A program made the translations under genes and the position numbers. The notes under the pieces were generated by a model that was given only the letters and a program-made list of their open reading frames with translations, searched no databases and was not told where the DNA came from. A stretch of 64,000 nt of DNA from Bugula neritina (taxonomy: Eukaryota; Animalia; Bryozoa): the NCBI GenBank assembly GCA_964035545.1, contig OZ037766.1:1612001-1676000 (forward strand). Direction: 5' to 3'. This document shows positions 13,713-31,769 of the stretch, one piece after another; position 1 is the first letter of the stretch; every line of letters starts with the position of its first letter.

Positions 13713-14185
13713 CAGGGTTGGGGTTAATTACATATGAATGTAATTAATTACAATTACATAAGAATTTGTCAATTACAATTATAATTACAGTTGAAATAAA
13801 TGTACTTAATTACAATTACTTTTGTTCTCACAGGAGACAAATAAAAGTTATATTATTTCACTTCTGTGGTCTAACTAACCCGGGCAATTTTGACAACAGA
13901 AAACTTTTCTTGTTCACAACAGTAACTAATAAGGTTATAAATACATTAAATTAATCTGAACTTTGTATTAAACAGTAGGCAAGGCAGGAAAAATATGAAT
14001 TTTCTAAGATTTAAAAATTTGAAGTAATTGTTATGTAATTATAAAGTAATTGTAAAGTTCAATTATATTAGCAATGTAATTAATTACAATTACATTTTTT
14101 ATACATCAATTACAAATTACATTCAATTACTTGAAAAAATGTAATCAATTACAACCAATTACAAATTACAATTACCCCAACCCTG
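13713..14185. mobile_element. Non-autonomous DNA transposon (MITE), hAT-like
   Basis: Terminal inverted repeats CAGGGTTGGGGT(T)AATT ... AATTACCCCAACCCTG; many subterminal AATTAC/GTAATT motifs; degenerate 8-bp flanks CTGCCTAG / TTGCCAAG (6/8). CAGGG ends and 8-bp TSD are typical of hAT elements. Confidence 0.7.
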
Positions 14186-14693
14186 TTGCCAAGGAAATGT
14201 TGATGCAGAAAAGGTATTTATTCAAACTATTGTAAAACGAGACGCGTATTATTCGATAAGTGATTTCTTTGTTGAGGAAAACGTTGGAGGTTAAACCGAA
14301 TAAATGTGCAGAGTTATGTAGAGTTTAAATATTTTATTAGTACAATCAAAAAATGCAAGTTTGAGTTACATAATTTCCATGGAGTAGAATGCACCAGCTT
14401 TACATGTACACACATGAATACAGTAACTGAACACTTCAATACCGTATCTGATATTGTAGCAGTGTACAGAGTAGTGGATATTGTAATGTACATAGGAAAG
14501 GGATCTTTTAACTCAAAATATATCAACAATTGAAAAGAACAGCTTTGTCATACCTTTCTAATATAATAACCATAATTATAAGTTCCCAACAGTTTCACGA
14601 CTAAATTAAAAAAATTCCCCTAGACAGAGCAGCCTGTGCTAAGCTATCTGATTGGTTGACTTGATCTAATCCAATATTCTATTGGACTAATAT

Positions 14694-17386
14694 TTAGAAT
14701 CCATCGAAATCTTCGTCGGCTATCTCCTTGGCACTCTCTAGCTCCAGCTGTTCTCTCTCACGTCTCTCGTCGGCAGATTCGAGGTCTTTGTTGTACGACT
14801 TCGGGGGGAACCTCATTGCCATGACGGAGCTGTTGTGTACGTCTAGACAGAACGTTATACGCTGATGGAAGGCTGCCATAGGCTCCTTTGTGCTGTATAT
14901 GTCTGGGTTCTCTTTCGACTGAACGTAACCTGTCAGAGAGCATCACACTGCTGCGGTAACTCATATTAAAGTCATTTAGAAACTGTTAAAAATCTATCTA
15001 ACAATAATTAAGATAATTTCCACAACATAGAAGGGCAAAAAGACTGCATACCATAGATTTGTAACCACACTAAGCTGTAGTTGATATTGGTATGATATTG
15101 GTGGAGCTAGTCTTGTATTACCAGAAAATTTAAAATAACAAAAACTAGTCATTAAAAGTTTAAATGAAAGAGTGAAGTTGTCTCACCATGCTCATGGTTT
15201 ATAGTGGCATCAATGACGTTGTCTCTGATAGCCTTAGCTACAATATACTCTGCATCTTCAGGGCTGTCCAGTTGAAGTTTGGTGGCTATATCAGCGAGAG
15301 ATATCTTAGAGTAGGAGATGTTTATCATTCGGACTCCAGTCTTGATGACATTGTGTCGCAGACGTACAATGAGCGTGTAGGTGCCGTCAGCCCGGAACTT
15401 CTCCCCGTGCTGACTCAGCGTGTCCGTAAACTTTGCCAGGTTACCTGCAGGTAGATAATATAGTCACAAGTTACCTGCAGGTAGATAATATAGTCACAAG
15501 TTACCCGCAGGTAGATAAAATAGTCACAAGTTACCTGCAGGTAGATAATATAGTCACAAGTTACCTGCAGGTAGATAATATAGTTACAAGTTACCCGCAG
15601 GTAGATAATATAGTCACAAGTTACCCGCAGGTAGATAAAATAGTCACAAGTTACCCGCAGGTAAATAATATAGTCACAAGTTACCTGCAGGTAGATAATA
15701 TAGTCACAAGTTACCTGCAAGCAATAGAATTGCTACATGTTGCTTACATTGTAATACATTTAGTAAAAGGGAAAAAGCACAAATCAGAAACTCAAAACAC
15801 ATCAAACTAAACAGGGCCACAATTTACGTCTTCATAAAAATTAGAAAAACCAAAACACATCAAATGATGCTATAAAACTGTAAGATAACTGCATTGTTTA
15901 GGCATATGATATACAGACCTGTACGAACAGCCTGTGTGAGTTGGAAGTAGGGGGCGAGAGCCTTCTTGTAGATGGGCTCTCTAAACAACGACCTCTCAGG
16001 TATATCTCCCAGCAGAAGTTCGACTGTCACCGCCAACTTCTGCACGGTCTGTCGGAAACCCGGAGCACCAGACTGGGGAGCCTTTCTAATAGCTTGCAAT
16101 AGGTTCTTGTGAGCGTCAGAGTAGTCTAGCTGAATGGCCTTGATGCGACCCAGATAGTAGAGGAAGCGCGCCCACTCATTGTTGTTCGCCAGTTCAGGAA
16201 ACGCTGACTTTGAGACAAGTTTGTCAGCCTGATCGTAGAGGTCATAGTGAAGGTAGTTTCTCAACAACAGGTTCAGCAAGCTGGCTTGGCCATCAATGTC
16301 TGAATGCAAAGCAGCTGTTCGTAGCCGAGTGTGGAGAAAACTATAAGCAAATATCAGCATGACATATTATATATTTATATATATTAGAAACACAAGTTCT
16401 AGGTTAAGAAGAAAATCGGACTTCCTCTTTCATTTATGATAGAAAATAGTAACATTACAATGTACTAGCTTTAAATAAATCAAAGAATACATTTAAAGCA
16501 GCAAATGATATTTGCAGCTGTTTTACAGGATAATAAATATAGTAACTGCATCAGTAACAGTAAATGTAATTAGGATACTCATACTGACACTCAAACTGTA
16601 ACTGTATGTTATCAATGACATGACTGATTAAATCATTAAATTTAAAAAAAAATTATAAATGAACATTCAAAATTAGAAGGTACAATGACTATGAGTCTGG
16701 GTCTACAGTCACAAGAAATTACATTAGAATCAGTATTTCCAGTTTGAGTTTCAAATCGGTTCTTACCTTCTAATTGTCTCTAGCTGGCCATCTAATTCAT
16801 GAGCTCGGGCATAATAAAAATAACACTTTGCCTGCAAACCATCAAGTGAGCGGCGATTCAACGAGCACAACTTCTCAACTAAAACCTTTGACCAATTCAC
16901 AGCTTTTTCGTGTAGTTGGTTATCAATCAAATAGATGAGAAGCAATAAGCATATATATGTTGAAACCTCTGGTAACAATGGGTGAGCACTTGCTTTAGCA
17001 GAGCGTGGTTGAAACACTAAAGGTTTGCTGTCGGTATCCATGGAGTTAGGTTGCTCTAAATACTGAAGCAACCTGTTTTTGTCATTCGCGGGTGGTGTAA
17101 AATATCCATTAATCAAGGCAACCAACACATTGTGATTTAGTTTTTTTCTTGTAGTAGTAAGCGATCTCAATACACGAGAAACAAACCGCGAATCTTTTAA
17201 TTGAACACTTTTTTCGATTAATTGTATGTGTTGTTTAAGGTCTTCAAGAGTTAAAACATTAGGATCTTTCACTTCTTCAGCCGGGGTCTCTGAGTCTGTG
17301 GGCTTAGAGGCTTCCTCTGCCTTGTTATCTTTACTTTTAATTTTAGAATCTTTCATTTCGACATCTTGCATTTTGTTCGAAACCAT
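14694..17386 (-). CDS. PSMD3: 26S proteasome non-ATPase regulatory subunit 3 (Rpn3), about 511 aa, 4 exons
   Basis: Exons (minus): 17386-16767, 16340-15919, 15444-15187, 14929-14694. Motifs [103 protein letters not shown]. Start inferred ([13 protein letters not shown]). Confidence 0.95.
15438..15719. repeat. 30-bp minisatellite, about 9.5 copies, spanning the PSMD3 exon-3 acceptor
   Basis: Minus-strand unit GTAACTTGTGACTATATTATCTACCTGC(A/G)G; the last unit supplies the real CAG|GTAACC junction at 15445/15444. Confidence 0.95.
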
Positions 17387-17767
17387 AATCACTATCAGAA
17401 TGTGCACCCAACACAAAGAGATTTGGTTGTTGTGAGTATCACCACTTCGTCGACTACTAACACTAGTGTTACTATTAATAATAGTATAGACGAAGATCGA
17501 GATGAAAAAAATCTTCAATGACTGGCAAATATAACCGTAGGACCGCAGTAAAAACCCAAATATTTTTTACTAAATTACCGTTGATATGCGCATCGGGAGT
17601 CACGTGAACAACTTTCGTTTCATTCTCCAATCTTAGTGGCTGCAATCATAACACTAATTGTTTGAGAAGCCACTATTGGTGTGAGCGAACAGGAGCGTAA
17701 CTGCTATTGTAGATTTGGCGCTCAAAGTTCCGACATAGTTGTTTAGATTCACTGAAAGGTTTGAAAA
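17387..17767. promoter_or_regulatory. Compact bidirectional promoter/5' UTR region shared by PSMD3 and H2A.Z
   Basis: About 380 bp between divergent ATGs; TGCGCA (17587), GTCACGTGA E-box (17599), ATTGG (17675), TTTGGCGC E2F-type site (17714). Confidence 0.55.
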
Positions 17768-19454
17768 ATGGTAAGATTTCATCCTAGGTTTATAAGCGCC
17801 CAAGTGTACATCGACTGATAAAATTACAATATTTGGAATCAGTAATATGTGGGCAATCCAGATTCGTTGTCAGAATCCATTTACTCGCAATTTTACTAAA
17901 ACTGTGTTTATTTTGTTAGGCTGGCGGGAAAGCAGGCAAAGACTCTGGAAAAACAAAATTAAAGGCGGTTTCTCGTTCTGCAAGGGCAGGATTACAAGTA
18001 AGTACACTGCAGTTACACACACACACCATTTAAACTTGCACACTCAAGTTGAAGCTTTTATTTAGTTTAGAAATAAAATACTGCTGCTCTTCAATTTCTA
18101 TGACTAGCAGTAGTAGTAGTAGTAGTAGTAGACGCAGTACTACTTGTTGTACTTTCACTTTCACTTTGCATATTATACTTTCAGTCAGACGTACTAAGTT
18201 TAATAGTAATACCAATAGTATTGGATTTCAAGCATAATTGGTATTACTGTATTAGTATTAATATTATAATTATTATTTACTTGTTGTTAGAATTACATTA
18301 ACTATTTACTAGTATTAATTTACTATTAGTATTAGTAATCGTGATATATTAATTTTAAGTTTAACTATTTAATATATTAATAAATATATTCATTATTATA
18401 TTTTTAATTAAATCAGTATTCTATCAGTGTGTTATTGCAATAACTTCAAAAGATAAATACTTTATGATGATGTAGTTAAACTTTAGTACTCACTAGTTTA
18501 TAGTTAGCTTTAAGTTCAAGGTTTAACTTTGAATTTTTACTTTTTTAAAATGAATTAGATTTGTTTATAATATAATGTTCACAAAGTTTGCTATAACAAG
18601 CACATACGGGCTGCTTCCTTGACAATGTAAAGGAACCCTAGGTCTAACTTATAACTTTTCAGTAGTGACCTACCAGACTTGCTTTCATAAGTTCTCTGTA
18701 ATCATATTGTAACGGTAAAGTTTGGCAAAATATAATGTATAATACTGAGGGTGACATTTGTAGTTTCCTGTGGGAAGAATTCACAGGCATCTAAAGGAAA
18801 GAACAACGAGTCATGGGAGAGTAGGAGCTACTGCTGCCGTCTACAGCGCTGCCATTTTAGAGTATCTAACAGCAGAAGTAAGTCGAAGTTTGCTAGATTT
18901 AAATTTTAAATCCCTTACTCAATGATCAGAATCAAGCAGATTATAGTAGCTATAAGTATAGTAAGTAGACTAATGGCGCCTTTAATTGTATGTAAGCACA
19001 TAATCAAGGCGCCCTCGGTCTGAGTGAGGCATGGGCAGGTGTGCTAATCAGTTACTTTTCAACGTGACAATTCGAGTTTTACGATCCGTAATTAACTATC
19101 TTTAGTAATTAAGTTTAATTAATACTTTGTAACTTATAGATGGAGAGCTCCAGTCTCTTGGCAACTTTATGTTGTGTACAAAGTTGTGTGAAAATCGATT
19201 GGATTATTCACACTGAGACAGTCTCTTGTGTGTTTTAACCTACTTCTCTGTCTGTCTAGGTGTTAGAGTTGGCAGGAAATGCTTGTAAAGATATCAAACA
19301 GAAGCGTGTGACGCCACGTCACTTGCAGTTGGCCATCAGGGGAGACGAAGAGTTAGATTTGCTGATAAAGGCAACGATAGCTGGCGGTGGAGTTATCCCC
19401 CACATTCACAAGTCTCTCATCGGAAAGAAAGGATCTCAAAGCACCAAAAACTAG
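17768..19454 (+). CDS. H2AZ: Histone H2A.Z (H2A.V) variant, 129 aa, 4 exons
   Basis: Exons: 17768-17770 (ATG only), 17920-17997, 18764-18877, 19260-19454. [12 protein letters not shown]...[50 protein letters not shown]...[39 protein letters not shown]. Confidence 0.96.
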
Positions 19455-20986
19455 GTTGAATTAGTAAACACTAAACAGTACAGTCTCTCAAAATCTGCTT
19501 GTTCTGTTATTCCACAGACAGGAGTGGTTGGTTAGTAGACCACTGTACCATCACCAGGTGTACTACCAGCTCACGGAATGGCCACTTTAATTTATTAGCT
19601 AGTAGCAAGGAGTGTACGGTATTCGTCTGCACAATTTATGTTGAATGTAAATGCTTTAAGATGTGTATAGAACAAGATATTTGTAGATACATATTTCATA
19701 CTCTACTCCAATTATTCTAGTTATAACTGTAAGCCTCACCAATATATTCTACTCGCGTATTAGTTTTTTGCCTTTGTTTCTTCTAACTACTTTACTCTTT
19801 TCAACATCAAAACTGCATTTATTTCTTTTTGTATAAATTTTATTGTATGGAAAAAAAATTAAACAAATAAATATCATATAATCTATTGATACACAATTTT
19901 TATTAATTGCAACTGTTTTTGTGCATGCTTGCAAATAATAATTGCCTTTCATTTAGTTCTTCAGTGAAACTAAAGGCGGTTACATAAGTCAAAGCTAAGG
20001 ATTTATCTTCTTTCTACAAAAAACAAACAACCGTCAGGACTAATAACGAGTTGTCTGCTCACCATGTTTTATGATCAATGGGTCATGTGATGCATCACAT
20101 CCAGCAGTGCACTCAATAATTAAGTTCCCTGGCCGATTTGTGGGAACCATATTCATTTTGATAAACTTTTACTTTATTGTTTACAGTCTTATAAACTGAG
20201 CCTCTGAGCAAATGTGTTAGTATTGGTATAGTAGTATAAAACCAAAATCGTATCCGTAATAATAGTAGTAATTCACTAATTGCGAAGATGATTAAACAGT
20301 AACACTGTCCATCCATCACGATGTCAATGTCAATGTGATTCACTCCGTTTCGCTCATTGTTATTCTCATTATCATTATGTCTATAATGTTGATTATGTCG
20401 TTGTCTGCAATGTTCATCTTAAATTTGACCTTCGTATTTATAATATCAATGTGATAATGATAAATCAGCTCTCACAATCAAAATGCTGCTGCTAGTCTAA
20501 GTCTTGGCAAATTGAAACATTTCTAGGTTCGCTGGGAGTCAGTGTCAGACTTGGAGTGAGTGTCGGTGTCACTCACTCGACGTCAGTTTGACTGTTACTG
20601 TTAGTATTTTAAATCACTATGAGTATGACTATTGTCTGTTTGAGTATCATTATCGTCATCATTAAGACTAAAAGTAAATGTAATACTTATGGTTATAGTT
20701 ATACTTAAACTTAAAGTTAATCCCATGTCTCGTACTCATAGTTAGTAAGTTATAGCTTAAGTTACTGATACTGATAGTATAACTATAAGTATTTGATTTA
20801 ACTTCAAGTCTTGGTACCAGTGGCAGTATGAGTATGGGGAGGAGTGATACTGATAGCAACTTGCATTTTTAAAACTGATATGCATTAGAAAATTAAATAA
20901 ATTTGTCCATTTAGGCTTATAGTTATGTTACTTTACTGTGTATTCTTATTTAGCTAACATTAAAATAATCTGCCTAATAACCTAGC

Positions 20987-26208
<5,222 letters not shown>

Positions 26209-27725
26209 TTTAACGTTCTATTGGGGAAATTTTGAAGTGTGTTCAACTAATTGTGGTATATTCAGCTTGTATTAGTATGTGTGCTTTAACATTCACGATA
26301 ACTTCAACACAAGTCTGTATTTCAATAAAATAATATTGTAAATCAAAATCTAATTATAATTTATTTTTGATAATAATACTCAATCTTGCTCTATAAGTTT
26401 CTGTGATGCATCAGGTGACCAATAATTCTCTCAAATATTTTTTATTAATCTCTGCCAGTTGTATAACTTCAAACCATATTTTTAGTTGTTTTTGTTGTAA
26501 TAACAGGCAGGCTTAGCTGAAAACCATTTTCTTAGCTGTTTGCTAGAGGGTTTAAAGCCTTATTTTATTTTAATATTTACTTGAGTTTATAGTATTCACT
26601 TTTGTGTTTTTTTTGCAAGTTTTACTGAGTAATCTCAGGCACTATTTAGCTTAAACTCACACTCATACCTATTTATTAAATTTACATACTCTATTTGTGT
26701 CATTAATTTTGTCTTTTTAAAGTACATTTTATTTCTATGTATTACATTATTTATATAACCACAGAATCATGTTTATTTTAAACGCTATAGTTTTTATTGT
26801 GATCTATGTAAAAATAAACAATCTTTATAACCATGTATAGCCAGAATTGTTGCATAAAGATATTGAAATTGAGATCAAATAGCATTTTAAAAACGGCTGA
26901 TTAAACATGAACTAGTAAAAACTGGCCTATTAGGTAACATATAGAACAGAAACTATCTATAAATATATGCTTACAATATTATTCCTTATGAACTGTCCCC
27001 CTAAATAATATCTCTATTATGACAAAATTTTTAATCAGCTTGTTGAAGCTATAATCAACTACGATTTCTTATATTGCCCCTTCACTGCCCTAAATGCGAC
27101 CATGTTGCGGATGTTATTGGCTATTACTGTTGCTGCAACACAGATGGCTATAAATTATTTTGAACTGAACTTATTTTCCATCTTTTTATGGAGATTTTTA
27201 TTTGAATAATAAAAATTATTAAAACTTATGTCTTATGAGGTCAAAATAATTTTGTCAAATTCCTGGTCAAGCCGATCACTTGCTAAAAAGAGTTACGCTC
27301 TCTTGAATTCTAATGATTCTTCACGGTTCCATTTTAACACTTTCGTTCAAAATGTTGCTGTACAATTAGTTATTTCCGCTCACGCTTTTAGCTCAAATAA
27401 TTTTGTGGGCGCCCAGAGTGAGAGTTTCTAAGAGTTTTGCTGGAAAAAATATTTGAGTAGTTTTGTTAAACGTTAACACAAAATTGAAATTAAACAACAT
27501 TAAATTTTATTTCTCAAACAAAAACTGTGAATGTCACTTTGACTTTTAGTTATAGTGACTTGCACCCACAGTTTGTGAGTTAGTGCCACAAGCTCAAGTG
27601 ACAATCTCTAGTCATACTCATAGTGACTTACTCTTGATATCACGCTCACAGAATTAACTGTTTGGACTGGGTGTAGCCGTAGGCTTAGAGTAAAACTAAA
27701 TATTTATTACTATTACTTATTAGTA

Positions 27726-30700
27726 ATGTCAGCCGAAGGCCAATCAGATTCAGTGGTTGAAACTCACTCTGAGAGCGAGTCAGACAGCGACACTCACACT
27801 AACAGTGAGTCTCCAAATAAAATTGAACTTCATCCCGAGACAAGCACTAACGGTAACTCTAAAGTAGAGCTGCTATCAGAGTCAAAAAAGAAAATAACGT
27901 CATTTGAACAGTTTAAATTTAGCAATTGGTTGGTAAAACAGTGCTCTGCAGTAGGCATGAACAAACCCACAGAGATTCAAATAAACTGCATTCCTGCTAT
28001 ACTAAAAGGTAGAGTGGAAATTTAATAATCTATTAATTTAATAAATATCACTAACTTACTATTTTAGGTAAAATTTTAGTTGATTTTATTGTTCATTGCC
28101 ATAAATCATCAATGAGGAAATTTATGCCTATGATCAATCAATTTAATGCACTTATTTTTGTTTAAATTTGCAAGCTGTTATATTTCGAAGCTTTATGATC
28201 TCTGAAAGAATTCATGGTGAAATAATGGTTTATAAACTCATAATAATTTTGCTCAATGAATGTAGGTAGTGTGAGATGATGGTTCACTCTATTAATCGTA
28301 CTCACTTTACCATTTCCAGGACAAGACTGCATAGGGTGTGCCAAAACAGGAAGTGGCAAAACAGCTGCATTCGCCTTACCGATTCTACAGAAGCTCAGCG
28401 AAGATCCATATGGTATATTTGCCTTGGTCTTGACTCCTACCAGAGAGTTGGCCTTCCAGATAGGAGATCAGTTCAAGGCTTTAGGCAAGCCTATACAACT
28501 CCGAGTTACTGTGATCACAGGAGGCCGAGGTGAGACGTCCACTCTAAATCTAGATTCTGAGCTTTAAAACTGTTTGTAAAAGTTGTGTGTAGCATAGGCC
28601 AGACGGAAATAAAATGTGTTTTCAGTTCATGATGTTCCACGTTGCATAGTTTCACCATTAAACTGCTACCTGTGTGTTAAATGTCTGTAGACTACATACA
28701 GCAGGGTCAGGACCTGACGGAAAAGCCACACATCCTCATCTCTACACCCGGTCGTCTCGCAGATCTTCTGGAAAATACGGATACTTTCAATCTGAATAAG
28801 ATAAAGTTTCTCGTGAGTGGATGTTTTCAGTTCATTATCTTGAGCGTAAATATAGTGTTCCCTGTTTAACTGGGTATTCCTGATTAACTGGATATTCCCT
28901 GGTGTGACGTTGTATTCCCTTATGTAACTGGGTATTCCCTTATGTAACTGGGTATTCCCTTATGTAACTGGGTATTCCCTGTGTGACTGGGTATTCCCTG
29001 TGTGACTGGGTATTCCCTGGTGTGACTTGCAGGTCCTCGATGAGGCTGATCGGCTGCTCACAGACTTCGGGGATTTTGCCGAGCAGATGGAGCCGATATT
29101 TAAAAGGATTCCCACGCAGCGTCAGACGTTGCTGTTTAGTGCCACGATGTCGGACACCTTCAAGGAGTTGCAGAGGTCGGCCATGACGGAGCCGTTCTTC
29201 TACGAGACTGTCTCCCAGTTAGTACTCCGTATTCTGTACTCTGCACTGTCTCCATGTATTCTGTACTCTGCACTGTTTCTATGTATTCTGTACTCTGCAC
29301 TGTCTCCATGTATTCTGTACTCTGCACTGTCTCCATGTATTCTGTACTCTGCACTGTCTCCATGTATTCTGTACTCTGCACTGTCTCCATGTATTCTGTA
29401 ATCTGCACTGTCTCCATGTATTCTGTACTCTGCACTGTTTCTATGTATTCTGTACTCTGCACTGTCTCCATGTATTCTCTAATCAACATTACGTACAGCT
29501 TCTCAGTGTGATCTGGTTATATTTATAGAGTGGCCACAGTGGAGCAGCTGGAGCAGCTTTACATGCTCTGTCCACACGAGGTGAAGGACGCATATCTTGT
29601 CCAAATACTCAGAGAGTTCCTGAAGGAGAATAAAAATAGTCTCATAATGGTTTTTTCTCACACCTGCAAGTAAGTTTCAACTTGTCTTACTCCTACTGCT
29701 ATCACCTGCTGGCAGCTGTCACTATCTCATACTGCTATCACCTGCTGGCAGCTGTCACTATCTCATACTGCTATCACCTGCTGGCAGCTGTCACTATCTT
29801 ACTGCTAGCACCTGCTGTCACCTGTCACTATCTTACTGCTATCAACTGCTATCAGCTGTCACTATCTCATACTGCTAGTACCTGCTGGCAGCTGTCACTA
29901 TCTCATACTGCTAGCACCTGCTATCAGCTGTTACTATCTCATACTGCTAGTACCTGCTGGCAGCTGTCACTATCTCATACTGCTAGCGCCTGCTATCAGC
30001 TGTCACTATCTCATACTACTAGCACCTGCTGACACCTGTCTCTATAGTGACACTCCTATTATTCAGGTATGTGCAGATACTGGGCATGATACTGAAGGAG
30101 TTGGGATTCTCCAACTGTGTCTTGCACTCGATGACCCGACAGCAGTTGAGACTGGAGGCGATGTCGCTGTTCAAGTCCCACCAGGTGCGAATCCTCGTGG
30201 CCACCGACCTCGCGAGTCGAGGACTGGACATCCCGACGTGCGACTTGGTGATCAACCACAGCGTGCCCACTCGGCCCCAGGACTACATCCACAGAGTCGG
30301 CAGGACGGCCCGAGCTGGTAGGTTCCGTTCTCACTAAGACTAATCATAGCCTCAGTCTTGTATATGGCATGTTGGCTCAGGTGGTCTGATACAGTCATAT
30401 AAGTTTGGAGTTGTCATCTTTCCTTGTCTATAGGCTTGAGTAGAGTTTGTATCAAATATCTGGATATCTACACATTTATTACACTATAACAACACAATAA
30501 TATAATTAAGATACATTGTCACTCTGGTATAACAGAGTCAAACCCGCTCACTCACCACAATCTCTGCTCTGCCATCTGCTTTTGACTAAGATGTGTATTT
30601 AGTAGGAGTTATCTCTCCTCTGAAGCCATGATTATTCACCCCGTAAAGTAGACCGAGTGTTTAGTTGTGTATATGTATAGAATACTGAATACTTATATAT

Positions 30701-31769
30701 ACCTATATGCGTCCATATTAGACTTACGTATATTATACCTATATTTACCTTTGGTATGCGTATATTATACCTATATTTACCTGTAGTGTGCCTATATTAT
30801 ACCTATATCTACCTGTATTATGCGTATATTATACCTATATTTACCTGTATTATACAGGTAGAGTTGGACGGGCCATAACGCTGGTGTCACAGTTTGACGT
30901 GAAGCTGATACAAGCTGTGGAAGAGAGAATAAGTATGCCATCTTGTTTCATGTCATTTCCTGTCATCGTGCGCTCTAGCTACAGTACTAGCTGCGGTTGG
31001 TTTTGACCTTGACCTACTTGTTGTAGATACAAAGTTGACGGAATACAAGGTAGATGAGAAGGAAGTTTCTAAGATACTGCTACAAGTTGCTGTAGCTAGA
31101 AGAGAAGCGGAGATTGTACGTATCTGCAGTAATATATATATATTACACCTGTAGTAATATATGTATTATACCTGTAATATAGTAATATAATCACATAGTA
31201 ATATAATCGCATAGTAATATAATCACATAGTAATATAATCACATAGTAATATAGAGTCATTGCTCTTTGGTAGAGACTTGATGATAAAAACTTTGGTGAA
31301 CAGAAACAGACGAGGAAAAGGATAAGACAGATCCTAGCTGGACAGGTAAATGAAGTAATATACATTTACTAACCTTCACCTGCATATGTAATACACCTGC
31401 ATATGTAATACACCTGCATATGTAATACACCTGCATATGTAATACACCTGCATATGTAATACACCTGCATATGTAATACACCTGCATATGTAATATGTAT
31501 TACATATGCAGGTGTAATACATATGCAAGGCTTTTGGAAACTGAAAACCATCTCTTTAATATTGAGCTAATAAAGTTATAGTAAACGCAGCCTCAGTTTG
31601 ATAACTAATATAACTGTCGCAGGACCCTGACGTGGAAGAGAAGTTAAGAGAGAAGAAACTGAGGCTAAAAAGAAAGGAAGCCATGGCTAAGGCCAAGGAG
31701 AGAGACACCAGAAGAAAGGCGGAGGAAGAGGTGGAGTTGTCTACCCAGGAAACTGCCGAGACGTCGTGA
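27726..31769 (+). CDS. DDX49: DEAD-box RNA helicase DDX49 (Dbp8), about 524 aa, 10 exons
   Basis: Exons: 27726-28008, 28320-28529, 28691-28812, 29033-29217, 29529-29669, 30067-30317, 30858-30932, 31027-31115, 31274-31345, 31623-31769. Motifs [73 protein letters not shown]; DDX49-type tail RQILAGQDPD. Confidence 0.92.
28860..29030. repeat. 19-20-bp tandem repeat (TRACTGGGTATTCCCT...) ending at the DDX49 exon-4 acceptor
   Basis: Direct. Confidence 0.88.
29229..29478. repeat. 27-bp minisatellite (GTATTCTGTACTCTGCACTGTCTCCAT) about 9 copies, DDX49 intron 4
   Basis: Direct; unit contains ACTGTCTCC, matching the end of exon 4. Confidence 0.93.
29688..30045. repeat. About 36-bp degenerate minisatellite (CTCATACTGCTATCACCTGCTGGCAGCTGTCACTAT), DDX49 intron 5
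   Basis: Direct. Confidence 0.9.
31377..31514. repeat. 17-bp unit (CACCTGCATATGTAATA) x7 followed by one perfect inverted copy, DDX49 intron 9
   Basis: Direct copies 31377-31495, 2-nt spacer, inverted copy TATTACATATGCAGGTG at 31498-31514. Confidence 0.93.

Noticed and set aside
17387-17518. N-terminal extension of PSMD3 suggested by the ORF track
   Set aside because: Begins at a non-ATG codon; the first in-frame ATG is 17386, so this is probably 5' UTR or promoter.
18975-19013. GGCGCCTT...AAGGCGCC hairpin in H2A.Z intron 3 as a possible snoRNA
   Set aside because: Only an 8-bp stem; no convincing C/D or H/ACA box arrangement.
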